DNA of 64,000 nucleotides from NCBI GenBank assembly GCA_900088475.1, contig FLMG01003335.1:30842-94841 (forward strand), written 5' to 3'. A program made the translations under genes and the position numbers. This DNA is from Hyphochytrium catenoides. Taxonomy: Eukaryota > Protista > Hyphochytriomycota. Below the pieces are notes generated by a model, which saw nothing but the letters and a program-made list of their open reading frames with translations, searched no databases and was not told the DNA's origin. Of the stretch, positions 52,666 to 63,998 are shown in pieces. How positions within the stretch are numbered: position 1 is the stretch's first letter; the number at the start of each line of letters is the position of its first letter.

Positions 52666-53222
52666 CCTTGAGGTTTGAGGGAGGCTTGTAACGTCACATC
52701 CTTTCAGAGACGGGGTAAGCTATGACGCTTCTTGAGCCTATGACCCTGCCCCTATCTTCATACTCCACGCGGTGCTATGTCCTTTAAAATCACTAACCAA
52801 GCCCTATCCCACCTCTAGGCAAGCAATATTCTAGGTCAACTTCTTCTGTCTCGCGCCGCTTGTGGCGGATATCCCATCCGGGAGTTGAGGGAGGTGGTGA
52901 TGGACTGCCTTGCCCCTGAGCGCGTCAATAGTAACGACCTGAGCATCATCACCGCAGGAGAAGTGCTGATACTGATCACCGCCACGTAAAAGTAGTTCTC
53001 AAGTATTTCTCAAGGACGTTTGGAGAAAAGGCGGTAACGCCGTTCCAAGCCCCATAGTGGTCAAGGCTAGCCGTTAGCGGAGATGTCGGTTCGGTTCCCG
53101 CCAAAACCTTCAACCTTTGCAATGAATGATGTTCAAAAATGACAGAGACAGGAAACGCTGATGCGAACGACGGACCGTAGCTTTGCACATTTGACGAGAG
53201 GAATGCTGAGTGATGATGGCGT

Positions 53223-53457
53223 TATAGCCTGATGAGAGCAGCAACCCTTACAGAGGAAGCTCAGTGCTCTAGAGGATAGCGTTCAGACCGTACACCTCTC
53301 TTTGCTTGCCAAGCTGGAAGTCCAGTAACAGAGAGCAGCTATAGCCTGATGAGAGCAGCAACTTACAGAGGAAGCTGAGTGCTTGAGAGGATAGCGTTGA
53401 GACCGTACACCCGTCTCTTTGCTTGCAAAGCAGGAGGTCCAGAAACAGGAAGCAGCT
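53223..53457 (+). repeat. Diverged tandem duplication, ~117-nt unit x2, likely decayed coding sequence
   Basis: Copies at 53223-53339 and 53340-53457 both start tatagcctgatgagagcagcaac and end gcagc(t). They differ by substitutions and small indels. Confidence 0.9.
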
Positions 53458-53516
53458 TCTGTTACTGTTGCCGCCGCTCACTTGGGTAATTTACTATCAC
53501 CACCATCATTGGCATT

Positions 53517-54590
53517 ATGGGGCAGATTGGAGAGCTTGCGAAACCAGAGTCATGTCAAAATACGGCGCTAACGCTAGCTACATCTGTCCCAGCAGTCGAT
53601 GCAGCAGGGTCGGAGGAGTCCGCTTCAAGAAAAGCGAAACCTAACCCTCTTGAGGTTATGGTGCAGACCCTTCAACAGGCGGTTACGGGGATGTCACAGT
53701 CTTTTGCCATCACGTTTCGGCAAATCTCCGAGAAGATGGAGCAGACTCAAGAAAAAATGCAGTCAATGACAGAAATGGTGGAGTTTACGATCTCAAGCTT
53801 GGTGCAAGTTCGTTCTCGAGTCCGATACTGTCCACAGCGCCGAAGGCCGGCACTATCTTTGACAATCCAAAACCAGAACAATCTAGCTTTAGAACATGTG
53901 TCTCTCTCACTCAACTGCACAGTAGCCTCCTCCGGTGAGCAGCAAGAGGTCTCTATTGCGGCCTCTTCCGAACTACCTGAGCTGGAGCCAGCTGTGGTCA
54001 GGACCGATAATGTTTCTTTTACCGGGGTTACGCTCGTTAGCCAGAATTCAGGTAAGGGGCTGGGGCCCTGGACAAAGCCGTCATCGTTAGAAGCAATGTC
54101 CAGCGCAACCTGGAACTTTGACTTATACTTACCAGAGCTAAATGAGTATAATATGGCGGTGACAGTGTCCTTTCTGAGCCCTGGGAGTGAGAAGATTTTA
54201 CGGTCAACCCATCGTTTCGGAGTTTATCTTGTGCACCAAGGCATTGTTAAACCCAAAACCAGACTCGAGATGACAACGTTATCCAGTTTTAAAGGAGAGG
54301 AGGTTACTCTGCACATTTCGCCGTCCTTTGCCAGGGAACTCCTTCAGAGGGCCCCAACAGAGGGACTGGTAATCATGCCCGATGGTTTCTATACCTTGAG
54401 CTATGGTGATCATTTCCACATTGTCATCATGCTCTCTCCTGATGTGAAAGGGGAGCAGAACAGGCTTCAAGCTGTTCTGTCATATTCAGATTCCTCAATC
54501 GACAGCAGCCTCAGAGATAAATTCCCTCTGCAACTCTTCGGGCACGAAATAACGCAGCTTCATACCGCACACGCTGCAAACATATGCTGA
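53517..54590 (+). CDS. Intronless 357-aa hypothetical protein (helical/coiled segment then beta-rich domain)
   Basis: Long uninterrupted ATG-initiated ORF. Amphipathic helix LEVMVQTLQQAV..MVEFTI, then alternating beta strands (LSLTIQN, VSLSLNC, WNFDLYL, MAVTVSF). Confidence 0.8.
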   Translation: MGQIGELAKPESCQNTALTLATSVPAVDAAGSEESASRKAKPNPLEVMVQTLQQAVTGMSQSFAITFRQISEKMEQTQEKMQSMTEMVEFTISSLVQVRSRVRYCPQRRRPALSLTIQNQNNLALEHVSLSLNCTVASSGEQQEVSIAASSELPELEPAVVRTDNVSFTGVTLVSQNSGKGLGPWTKPSSLEAMSSATWNFDLYLPELNEYNMAVTVSFLSPGSEKILRSTHRFGVYLVHQGIVKPKTRLEMTTLSSFKGEEVTLHISPSFARELLQRAPTEGLVIMPDGFYTLSYGDHFHIVIMLSPDVKGEQNRLQAVLSYSDSSIDSSLRDKFPLQLFGHEITQLHTAHAANIC

Positions 54591-56262
54591 GTTGAGTTGG
54601 GTTGGTCCACTCCTTGGGCCAAATGAATAGCCACTGTTCTATTATATCAGCTTAGCTAGCACTGAGAGACGACGATGGGCCGCTTGGAGCGACACTGTCG
54701 CCCATCGACGTGACAGCACAAGTAATAAAGCTCTGTAAGGAAATGGTACTTGAGTATTATAAAATCTGAGAGGTATCTTCCGACTGACTGATATCCAAGC
54801 GCAGATGGAATTGCCAATCCCCTGTTCTAAGGGCTATCTTCTACTCAGAATACTTCCCCCGTTACGTTGTAGCTGTGGATGTTTTTTGAGGTATGACGCT
54901 TCAAACTTCTGGTAAGACTTGGCAGCTCAAGAATATCCATCCCGCCTTTTATTAAAGCGGATATTAGCTTTGAGAGATAGAAGTAGGGAGGACAGCTTTT
55001 ATCTCTTATCTTCGACGCCTTGCATTGTCGGGCTGAACATGACAAGAAACACTCTTTATCACCGTGCACGTCCTGGGTCTTCCTCCTCCTCTGGTACAGT
55101 CGTAGTGTAGAGTGTAGACTAGCTGACGACATCATCAGCACATCAGTTCCCTTGATGGGCTGTCTCAACTTCTTGTCGTGAGAGGGAATCCCTTTCTCAC
55201 CCACATACTCGGTTCTCTCACCTCAACCCTTACTAGTCGTACACCAAAGAGCTGCAGGCCTCAATAGCCATGACGAAGCCATCATTTTCCCTTCTTTTTC
55301 CCATTTGTCCGTCCTTATACTCTTGGCAATTAATTTATGTTATCCCTTCCTTCCTATCCTTTGTTATTCTATGCTAGGTGTGCGATAACTGTCTGTCCCA
55401 CTTGTTCTAGCGTCATTACCAGGTGTTGTTCCTCTGTGTTCGGCCTTTCTTGTTTCCCTTAATCTGTCAGCCAGTGATAGCCAGTAGGAACTAGCTACTT
55501 TATAGCTTCCTCACTCTGTCTGCTCATTCGCTGTGTCTCTAGGTACTACGAGTAATGTTCCGTCAGCTCTCAGCCCTCAACTGCATAAACTCTCGAGATG
55601 TGCGGGTGCAGTAGTTCTAAGGTCTAGGCGTTCTCTCTCTCTTTCTCATCTCACTCTAGAATATAGACTCTCAACTTTTTTCTCTCTTATCACTCTCTCT
55701 CTCTTTTGCTGTATGTGCCTCCTCTCTCTTAATAACTCTCTTTTCTACCTCTCTCTCACTCTCCCTTTTTGTCCCTCTCCACTTTCAACTTTGTAACTCC
55801 CCTATTTTCTTCTATCTCTCTCGCACTCCCTCATATCCTGACAACGCTTGTAAGTGCTTGTCTCTCTCTCTGTCTCTCGGCTCTGTCTCGCACTCTGTCT
55901 CGCTGGCCTGTTGACCAGCACTGGTGTTATATCGGAACCAAAAATCGGCCAAAATTGGGTATTATTACTTCGGATCAGGGCTTCCCAGCGCCCACTGTCC
56001 AAAGCTGTAGACTCAAAGGGTTATTACTATTGACAAGTCCCACCTGGACTGTGTTGTGAAATATTGATGAGCTTATGATGGTGGCTAGGAGATTGTGCGG
56101 TATTAGTTTGTACGTATCTGTTCCTTTACAAATAGCTTTGAATAAGCGACAAGTGCGCATTATGGTGAGAATTCGTGTAGGAAAGCCTATGCTCTCCACC
56201 AGATCTCCCCCAGGCATTTGTCGTGACCTTTCTCTCTTCTTCTGTCTCCTTTGTAGCCAAGG

Positions 56263-56364
56263 AAGAGAGAGAGAGGGCGAAGAGAGAGAGAGGGCGAAGA
56301 GAGAGAGAGAGNNNNNNNNNNNNNNNNNNNNNNNNNNNNNNNAGAGAGAGAGAGAGAGAGAGAG
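56263..56364. repeat. (GA)n-rich microsatellite spanning an assembly gap (N 56312-56342)
   Basis: GA runs interrupted by gggcga flank the N stretch. Confidence 0.9.
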
Positions 56365-57050
56365 ACATCAGTCAGCCATCATAGAACTCCCATCCTCTTC
56401 TTGACAGAAGGACGGAAATGAGGTCAAGCTCGCAAGGAGTCGTCAGCAGTGACCACTCAGCCCTCTTCCTCGTTTGATTCCCTCTCATTCCCTCGTCCTT
56501 ATAAATTATTAGCTCTTCCTACCGCCCACTGCCGCTAGAAGATAGAACTCTGGCCGTACAAAGAGTCAATGCGTCAAGGCAGCTGGGGAGAGCATGTACC
56601 ACCGCCAAGCTTCACTCAACTATACGTTCTTCTCCGCCCACAGACCGGAGACAAAACTCTTCTTTGAATCAAACCACTTTATAAGCTCTCTTACTTCTCG
56701 TTTCTTCCTTCTATAGCCACTCTCTCTCTCTGTCACGGGGATGTACATGTCCAATAGGGCAGGAAATCAAAGCAGATTGACCTCCATCCACGAGCATCAA
56801 CGATCAGGGGAGTCACTGGCGAGTCCTCTCTTCCACCAGAGCTCCACGAGCAGTCACGTCTTTGCCATTTAACGCATGAGATTAAGGCCTCATCTTCCCT
56901 CAGCAGCTCCTCCCGTCTCCTTGCAGTTTCCGGTGTTCGACAGCCCATGAACAGACTCTTGTGAAGCCTCATTTGATACCTTGTACTACTCTCAGGCGTG
57001 CGTTTCAACGCCTGGCAGCTACTTAGCGTTTGCCCTCTCAGGAGGCTGAC

Positions 57051-57719
57051 ATGTCTCTTCAAGCATTAATTATAGTTGTAATAGTGGCGCTATGGTCACA
57101 CGAGACAGCAGGCCAAGCCCCAACACTTTCTGCCCAAGGAAAGACTTGCGATGCAGGCGCAACCTGCCTCAGAGGAAATTTCCCAGCAGGAGGTGTTGCC
57201 TCGTCTCCCTTCGCCCCTCCCTGCTGGCTGTGGGAGGGCACTTACTACAGCTGCTTTGAGTATGATCCTGCCACTGGAGCATGTCCTTGGCCCGGCATGA
57301 CAGACTGCAAGACCTCAGTCACCGAAGGGAATCTCACCACTACACCTCCTCAAACAACTGCTTCCCCTACGACTGCTACGCCCATCACCATTGCTCCTAC
57401 GACAGCAGTGCCTACAAGGGGAAACGATGGACCAACCGGGACGCCGGTTCAAGAGAATGATCAGGGTGGAAAGCTTAGTGCTGGTGCTATAGCAGGAATT
57501 ACTGCTGGCTCCGTATTTGCCGTCCTTATCGTGATCCTGGCGCTGTTAGTTCTACGAGGCAAGAGCTTCAAGAGGCCATCTTTCTTACCGGAAAGCGTCG
57601 GTGAGAGAGTGTCACAAGAGCCGATCGGCCGTTTGAGCATCCCGGAGACCCCGATGAATGCGCCTACACAGCCATCAATTACAGGATCGCTAGACCAGCC
57701 GCTTCTCTATCGGTTATGA
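57051..57719 (+). CDS. Type I membrane protein: signal peptide, 6-Cys domain, T/P mucin-like stalk, TM, short tail
   Basis: MSLQALIIVVIVALWSHETAG signal; six cysteines; TTTPPQTTASPTTATP stalk; LSAGAIAGITAGSVFAVLIVILALLVLRGK TM. Single exon. Confidence 0.88.
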   Translation: MSLQALIIVVIVALWSHETAGQAPTLSAQGKTCDAGATCLRGNFPAGGVASSPFAPPCWLWEGTYYSCFEYDPATGACPWPGMTDCKTSVTEGNLTTTPPQTTASPTTATPITIAPTTAVPTRGNDGPTGTPVQENDQGGKLSAGAIAGITAGSVFAVLIVILALLVLRGKSFKRPSFLPESVGERVSQEPIGRLSIPETPMNAPTQPSITGSLDQPLLYRL

Positions 57720-57816
57720 CGATAAGCTGTACTTTAGTTCATAGAACAGGGGGATGAATCTGTTTTAGTGAGGTGTATAATAGTTGTCAATAGAATTTTC
57801 TCGTTGAGCAAAAATT

Positions 57817-59666
57817 TTATGATGCTAATAGAGCAAAAGGTGAGCCTCTGCCGCCCGCCGCGTCTCTTACAAGTCGCTTCAAAGCAAGCAAGTGGCGAAG
57901 CGCCGCCTCTAGGCTAGATTGTTGCGGCATCCCGATTGCACGGCGGCTAGAGTAAGAACCTAAACTCTCTAGAATACAGTCATTTATGACGTTAGCGCAG
58001 TGGTCGCGGAATGCAGGCGATAATAGGTAAGCTAGCGGTGAAGACTGTGGGGTCTCATACGCTAGTAGACCCAGTAACTCTTGCCATTGCTGTTGTGTGC
58101 CCGGCAGCTCCGTGTATAAATAATCACTAAAGAGTACAAAAGCCCTTAGATCAACACGCAAGGGAGATTTGAGGCGTATACCTTACGCACCGTCGTTTCT
58201 CCTTCTGGCCCCATTGTATGGCAGAGACGAGCTCTCCTTCTGATATGTACATAATAAACTTCAGAGCTAAGAGCCTGAAGTCAGCAGCAGGTGAAAGAGC
58301 TGATCCTATGAGTTGAAAAGGCATCAGGGGTGACCACAGCAAATGTATTCCGACAGAGCAGATATGTTTTTCTTACCTCTCAGAGAAACTGCCTCTTTCC
58401 CCACGCTTTCGAGATCAGACAGTGACATAATCTTCTCTCTGATTCTACTTCGCAACTCCAAAGTTTCCACTAAGCCAAGCTCCTGCCCATAAGACGTAGT
58501 CTGCTTTGTCGCTGGAGACTGTCCATTAACTAGCTCTTTCTTATGGCCGTTCCTGTCGCTCTCGGCACGCTTTGCGTCCTTGCTTAACCCATTTCCCATC
58601 TTTGGCTCTGTTCTAGCCGTAAGCATCCGATGTCGCTCGTTGTCAAAGGCCTCTAAGGTGTTCTTGTACCCCTGGACCAGTAGATATTCCCTAACTAGTG
58701 CCCTCACGTCGACTGCGCTGAGAGGAATAGAGGAAATCTCCTTTTTTTCGCTCTGCCGATGACTCTGCAGGAAGGATGTGAGGTCGAAGCGGAATGATCC
58801 CCGTTCGCCAAATTTACCGAGGATGACGTCCCCGACGCCATGTAGCCCCACGGTTGGATACCAGATGCCTAGACAGGCAGCATTAGATATAGATGCGTGA
58901 CAGTGATGGTACCTACGGGATGCATGTATAAATGCAAAGAGTAACATAGTCATTGGCAAAAGTGACGGTAATATTCAGGCCGAAAAACAGAGATGAAAAG
59001 CCTTCGCTCATGAGGTCCATACCTGGGAACGAAGGCTTGCCGGGCACCTTGCCGAGGTATTTCCCATTCTTTGTAAAGAAAATATGACGAGAATCAAAGA
59101 TGACGCCACAGCCTACTACATCATGCAGGCCAAACGAGGGGCCGTACTTAGATCCTCTAGGAGAGCACAAATGCACTGTCCCATCCTCTGAAAGGTAGCC
59201 GAACGAATGCATCTCAAACCCCGGATGACGGTTGAGCGGCACATCGGCCTGCGAAAGGCCTGCATTCGAGAGCGGATGGAGTGAGCATAGCAAAATGGAG
59301 CAACAGGATAATCTCAACTGATCAGAGGATCTGGGTGTGGGTTACCTATTGAGATAGAGGGCTTTTGTCCCACTTTGATGACCTCAATCTCATAGTAGAA
59401 GTACTCGCTGGCGGATGGCAGCGGCCTATTTGCGCGAACAGCTCCAATATCATGAGTGTGACTCCCTTTGCCTACATAGGAAACGGTGCATTTGTCCTTT
59501 GCAACTTCCACCTGCAGAGGCACCGCTTCAGGCGTTAGAACTGAGATAGCCTCTTCAGTTTGGACTGATGAGCTACCTCATATGGATGGGAAGTTGTATC
59601 AAAGTGAAGCTCCTCTTCTTCTGCAAGAACGCTCTCCACAGCTTCTTGTTGCACTGCCCACGCCAT
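57817..59666 (-). CDS. Ran-binding protein 9/10 (RanBPM/Gid1)-like SPRY-LisH-CTLH-CRA protein
   Basis: VSYVGKGSHTHDIGAVRANRPLP..FYYEIEVI, HPGFEMHSFGYLSEDG..YGPSFGLHDVVGCG..IFFTKNGKYLG, YPTVGLH, LisH VRALVREYLLVQGYKNT, CRA ELLGLLAYETPQSSPLAYLL. Confidence 0.92.
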
Positions 59667-60503
59667 TTCAGGTTTGCAGCGCTTACAGGTCTCTCAATCT
59701 AGAAAGTTCCTACCTTGAGGTAAGGACCAAAGGTCCAGTCGATGTTCGCTCAAGGTAGGCGGGCGACCTCGGCGCATCTTGGATGTATCTTATGCGATAC
59801 GTCTTCCGCAGACCATAAATTCTACCGATCCTCACGCAAAGGGAATATAATCCTTTAAATTCAGCTGAACATTTCCCAGCAACGACCCAGTGTCCGTTAG
59901 TGGGAAGTCATGCCCAGTAGGCCAAGACTCACAATCTCACACCAGTCGTCAACGCCGTCAAGACGATACTTTCCAACTAATGCTACTTTAGCATGTGCTG
60001 GTCTGTAGATCATTACTGATGTTGGACTACGTTGGAGCTTGCAAGACCCTGATGGACTGTCCGCATTGCATGCACCAAAATCCTCGAAGAGAGCAAGGCT
60101 TGACGACAGCGCCAGATCAGAAGTGCTGGCAGAAACTGCGATGTCGCAAAGAAAGAAGAACAAGCTCAACATCAACAAATTCGGAAAGCTTCACATACTC
60201 TAATCTTTCGTCACGATATGCTTATCACTTCTCTGAGAAAATATATTGATTTCAACCTAATAAATCTTTCATCTCTCTGGAAAGGTCAGAAGATCAACTT
60301 CATCAAAAAACTCTCCCTTGCAGAACAATAGAAGCTCTTGCCATGAGCCATGAGAAGACCTTTACCATGGAGTAATGAAGGAAGACAAGAGGGTTAGCGC
60401 CCCGGAGAAAGCCTACAATCTTTGAATCTTTGATGCAGAGCAGCAGCGGCGGAGCTGTGGCAGCTATGCTAGATGTTTTAAGGAGACGTGCGCAGTACCT
60501 CCG

Positions 60504-61724
60504 TCACTTAGCATAGGAACGCGTCTGCTTAAACTCATCCATGGACGAGCTGATGCCCAAGAACTCTCCAATGCTGTCAGATACATTGACAGGAAGGATG
60601 CTCTTAAGGGCAGGCGCAACGTAGACCAACCGAGGCATAGCGAGCCATTCCTGATTTCTCCGCACCGCGGAAACGATTTTGTCCGCCACATAATCAGGCT
60701 GAAGAATCGGCAGTAGAAGTGGGAACCGGGTCTTGACGCCTATCAAAACAGCCCGCTTGTCAATCTATTCTCCTTACATATAGAAGTACAAGGTCCCTCA
60801 CCTGTAAACATGCCCGTGTCGATATAGTAAGGAGTGACCAGTGTGGTCTTCACTCCAAATTTGCCTAGTTTACGAGCCTCCAACCGGATGCTCTCGTGAA
60901 AGCCCACAGCGCCAAACTTACTTGCGCAATAATCTGCGAGACCAGGCACTCCCGTAGTTCCGGCCGCACTCGCAATGGTAACAATGTGGCCTTGGTCCCT
61001 TTCCATCATGGCTAGGGCAGTCAATTGATTTAGGTTCCCCATATTGCAACGTGATAAGCTCACACGCAAGTTGCTGTACCTGGAAGGAAAGCCTTAACCG
61101 TCCAGAAGTGTGAGATCGTGTTAACTTGCATTGTCTTCTCGGCCAGACCGTCTGGAACTTCAAGAATCTTCTTCCCTGACACAATGCCTGCGTAGACAAG
61201 ACAGGAAAGAAGAGGTTGGATGATCCTTGGCACCGACAGCCTATCCTAGTTGCCAAGTGAAATTAGACCTACCAGCGTTGTTTATGAGTATATCCACCTT
61301 TCCAAAGTCTGCGAGCACTTGTTTCCCCAAATCATAAACCTTCTGGCGGTCTGTCACATCGGCAACATAGGTCTTGAAGTCCTTGCCAGGGATTCCCAGA
61401 CCGCGAAGCTCCTCTGCCAGCTTTTCCAGCGGCTCTTTCTGCAAATCCCACAGAGCTAAGCGACAACCAAGCTTGGCGAAGCGAATGGCCATCAGTTTAC
61501 CGATACCTGGTGGAATGTATCAGGCATTTCATGAGACTCGCGTTCGATATACAGGCTTTGTTAGATGTGAGGATTAACGTACCTCCCGCAGCGCCGGTGA
61601 GTACGACAACCTGGCCTCGCAGGTCTTTTTCAGTCACAGCATGGTATGCCTGCTTTGCTCCATAATACACCCCTGCTGCTAAGGCAATCTTCGCCCAGGT
61701 TGGAAGCTTCTTTAGGCTTTCCAT
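60504..61724 (-). CDS. Short-chain dehydrogenase/reductase (SDR16C/retinol dehydrogenase-like) with N-terminal anchor
   Basis: [64 protein letters not shown] (YxxxK), PYYIDTGMF. Confidence 0.94.
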
Positions 61725-62208
61725 AATAGCGGAAACGTGGCCTTGGCTAAGACGGAGATAGCAGAGGACGAGCAAACCGTGCCAACGAGCGGTAAGCTTG
61801 TTTGCAGTTAGGGTGGTGCTCGTAGCCCGTTGAAAGCTGCTGGTATCTTCTAGCCAAACACTCCAACAAATCTGTGTTAGCGTGAGTCCTGCTTCCGGCG
61901 AGTAACAGGGCTTTGAGCTTGGTGGTTTGCTGCTCTTGGTTAAGAACTTCCTAGGCAGCCCAGAGGCGGCGCCGCCCAGAAACGAAGAACGCCGTTGGGT
62001 TCAGGTCAGAATTTGACGTGAAGCAAAAGATTAGATCACAGCATTCAGAACCCTATACTCTAATATTCATTATCTACACTACTTATATACTATGTATTCG
62101 GGATAATGGTATCTCTTCTCTTTTTGAGGCTACTTGCCAACTTCGAAGGAGCCGACAGACAGAAGGGAGCCATCGAACTGCAGACATAAGCAGCTTCTTC
62201 TTCAACCT

Positions 62209-62811
62209 TCAAGATTTTCTGCGGATCGTGCCATCATTGCCATTATGTAGATCTACATTGTACTTCGTCGGGACCTCTATTATTAACCAACGCGCTCAGG
62301 GGATAATAGGAGGNNNNNNNNNNNNNNNNNNNNNNNNNNNNNNNNNNNNNNNNNNNNNNNNNNNNNNNNNNNNNNNNNNNNNNNNNNNNNNNNNNNNNNN
62401 NNNNNNNNNNNNNNNNNNNNNNNNNNGAAACCCTCAGACCTTGGCTTGAATGGTGCGAGCAGGCGACACGCGGCCCGTCTTGACGTACACAAGGCGATCT
62501 TCTCAACAGCATACTGAAAGCGAGAGGCCAATACACAGAGAGCGGTATGCTCTAGGCGGGAATACAGTGAGGTCTTACACTAAAGCCTTTATCTCTGTTT
62601 ACCCGCCGTGTCGTCCTTCTGGATTCTTCTTGACTGTATACAAGCCTCCGTTCCTCACAAAGTACTGAAGAATGATACAGGGCCATTTGTATCGTTCGCT
62701 TACATCTTTTATCTGTCTGAACTCCGTATCCAGTGACCAAGAGAGTGAAGAAGGATCAATAGTACTAGTGGCCCTCTCGTCTAGACGAGCATAATAGTTC
62801 ATAGGTGCCAT
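62209..62811 (-). CDS. Small hypothetical 4-exon protein (~105 aa)
   Basis: Phase-consistent GT-AG joins: MAPMNYY..FRQIKD|YFVRNGG..RHGG|MLLRR..HSSQ|EVPTKYNVDL..RRKS*. The last intron contains the N gap 62314-62426, so exons may be missing. Confidence 0.4.
62314..62426. other. Assembly gap (N run)
   Basis: Run of n characters. Confidence 0.99.
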
Positions 62812-63303
62812 ATGAGGCAACTAAAACCCGATGCTTACACTCGCGTGCGCAAAGGTGATTTTAGGGTATATAATTAAGGGATCAAGGAGTCTTACAATGA
62901 AGTGATACAACCAAGCTGAGCTTGGCTCTGTAAGTAACAGCCCTACGCCGACCGAACAAACACTCAGCTACCTAATGACGACGCACTCCATCGCAATGAT
63001 AGCACTAACAGGCGTAGTGTCCCTTGCTGCAGCCCTATATCTCTGAAGTGCCAGAAGGCCAAGAAAGTAAATTCACTATACTGCGTAGTAGGCGACTGGG
63101 GGACAACAACTTGACAGGAGACTCGAGTTCTAATATATCGAAAGGGTCGGTTGAAGCAGTTGAAAAGAATGACGACGGCCCTTAATCCACGTAGCAGATG
63201 GTGGTGATGGTTCATCGGTTCATCGGATGCAGGGTTTGCATGTATCAAAGCTTAATGCACAGAACTATGCACTAGATTATGCGTATCTTTAGTGAGTACG
63301 ATT

Positions 63304-63998
63304 TTACCTCTCCTGGATCTGAGAACGAAAGTCCCTCTTAGTGATAATGGGGTCGGCTTACAAATCCATATTTATACTTCTTGCCGTCGCTGCTACTGCT
63401 GCTGCTGCTGCTCTTCCTGTATCCATAGCCCTTGGGCTTCTTATACTTGATCTTTCCCTTCTTGTTTCTGTACATCACGGTTCCTGGAGGGTATCCTGGA
63501 GGCACCATGCCAGGGTGGCCAGGGGCTAGGTAACAGGGGAAACCAAGGCATACATGAGGGACGTGCTCTTAGACAACACAAGGGAAGCTTGCTGCCTTCA
63601 CTGATGGACTTACCCATAACGACAGCTGGCTGTGGTGGGTACCCAGGTTGAGGTGGATACTGTGGACGAAGCATGTTCAGTGCTTTGACTTGCAAGATCT
63701 AAAAGAACCATCAACGTACATAGGGTTGCTGGCCAGGAACAGGAGCGTATCCCGGTGCATATTGGCCTGGAGGCGGATAGCCTGCACCGTATACAGGCTG
63801 AGGTGGCTGTTGAACCACCGTCCTACAGAAAGGACATGTCACGTTGGGAGAACCAGGGACACCCTGGATCAGATTCTTGCAGTTCGGACAGTTGAAGGTA
63901 AGGCCGCCCTAGGAAAATGAGCGTCAGTTTGACCCTCATTCAGTAGTAGGTGGCCGAATTCATAAGAAAAAACTTACCTGAGGTGGCGGCGCCTGCAT
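63304..63998 (-). CDS. Small protein: LSD1-type C2C2 zinc finger, GYPP/Gln-rich region, basic K/Y tail with poly-Ser
   Basis: MQAPPPQ|GGLTFNCPNCKNLIQGVPGSPNVTCPFCRTVV..GYPPPGQYAPGYAP..|YPPQPGYPPQ..|PGYPPGTVMYRNKKGKIKYKKPKGYGYRKSSSSSSSDGKKYKYGF. The ATG is at the window edge and the gene could extend. The stop is 63338 if the last gtaagc is not used as a donor. Confidence 0.78.

Noticed and set aside
53228-53460. CTGATGAG as hammerhead core, or TGATGA as snoRNA C box, in the tandem repeat
   Set aside because: No stem II followed by GAAA and no terminal D box or stem in both copies. Decayed coding sequence explains it better.
59910-60203. In-frame TAG between two open segments (possible readthrough or alternative code)
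   Set aside because: The TAG looks like a splice acceptor, and conserved genes here end normally in TAA/TAG/TGA with no internal stops.
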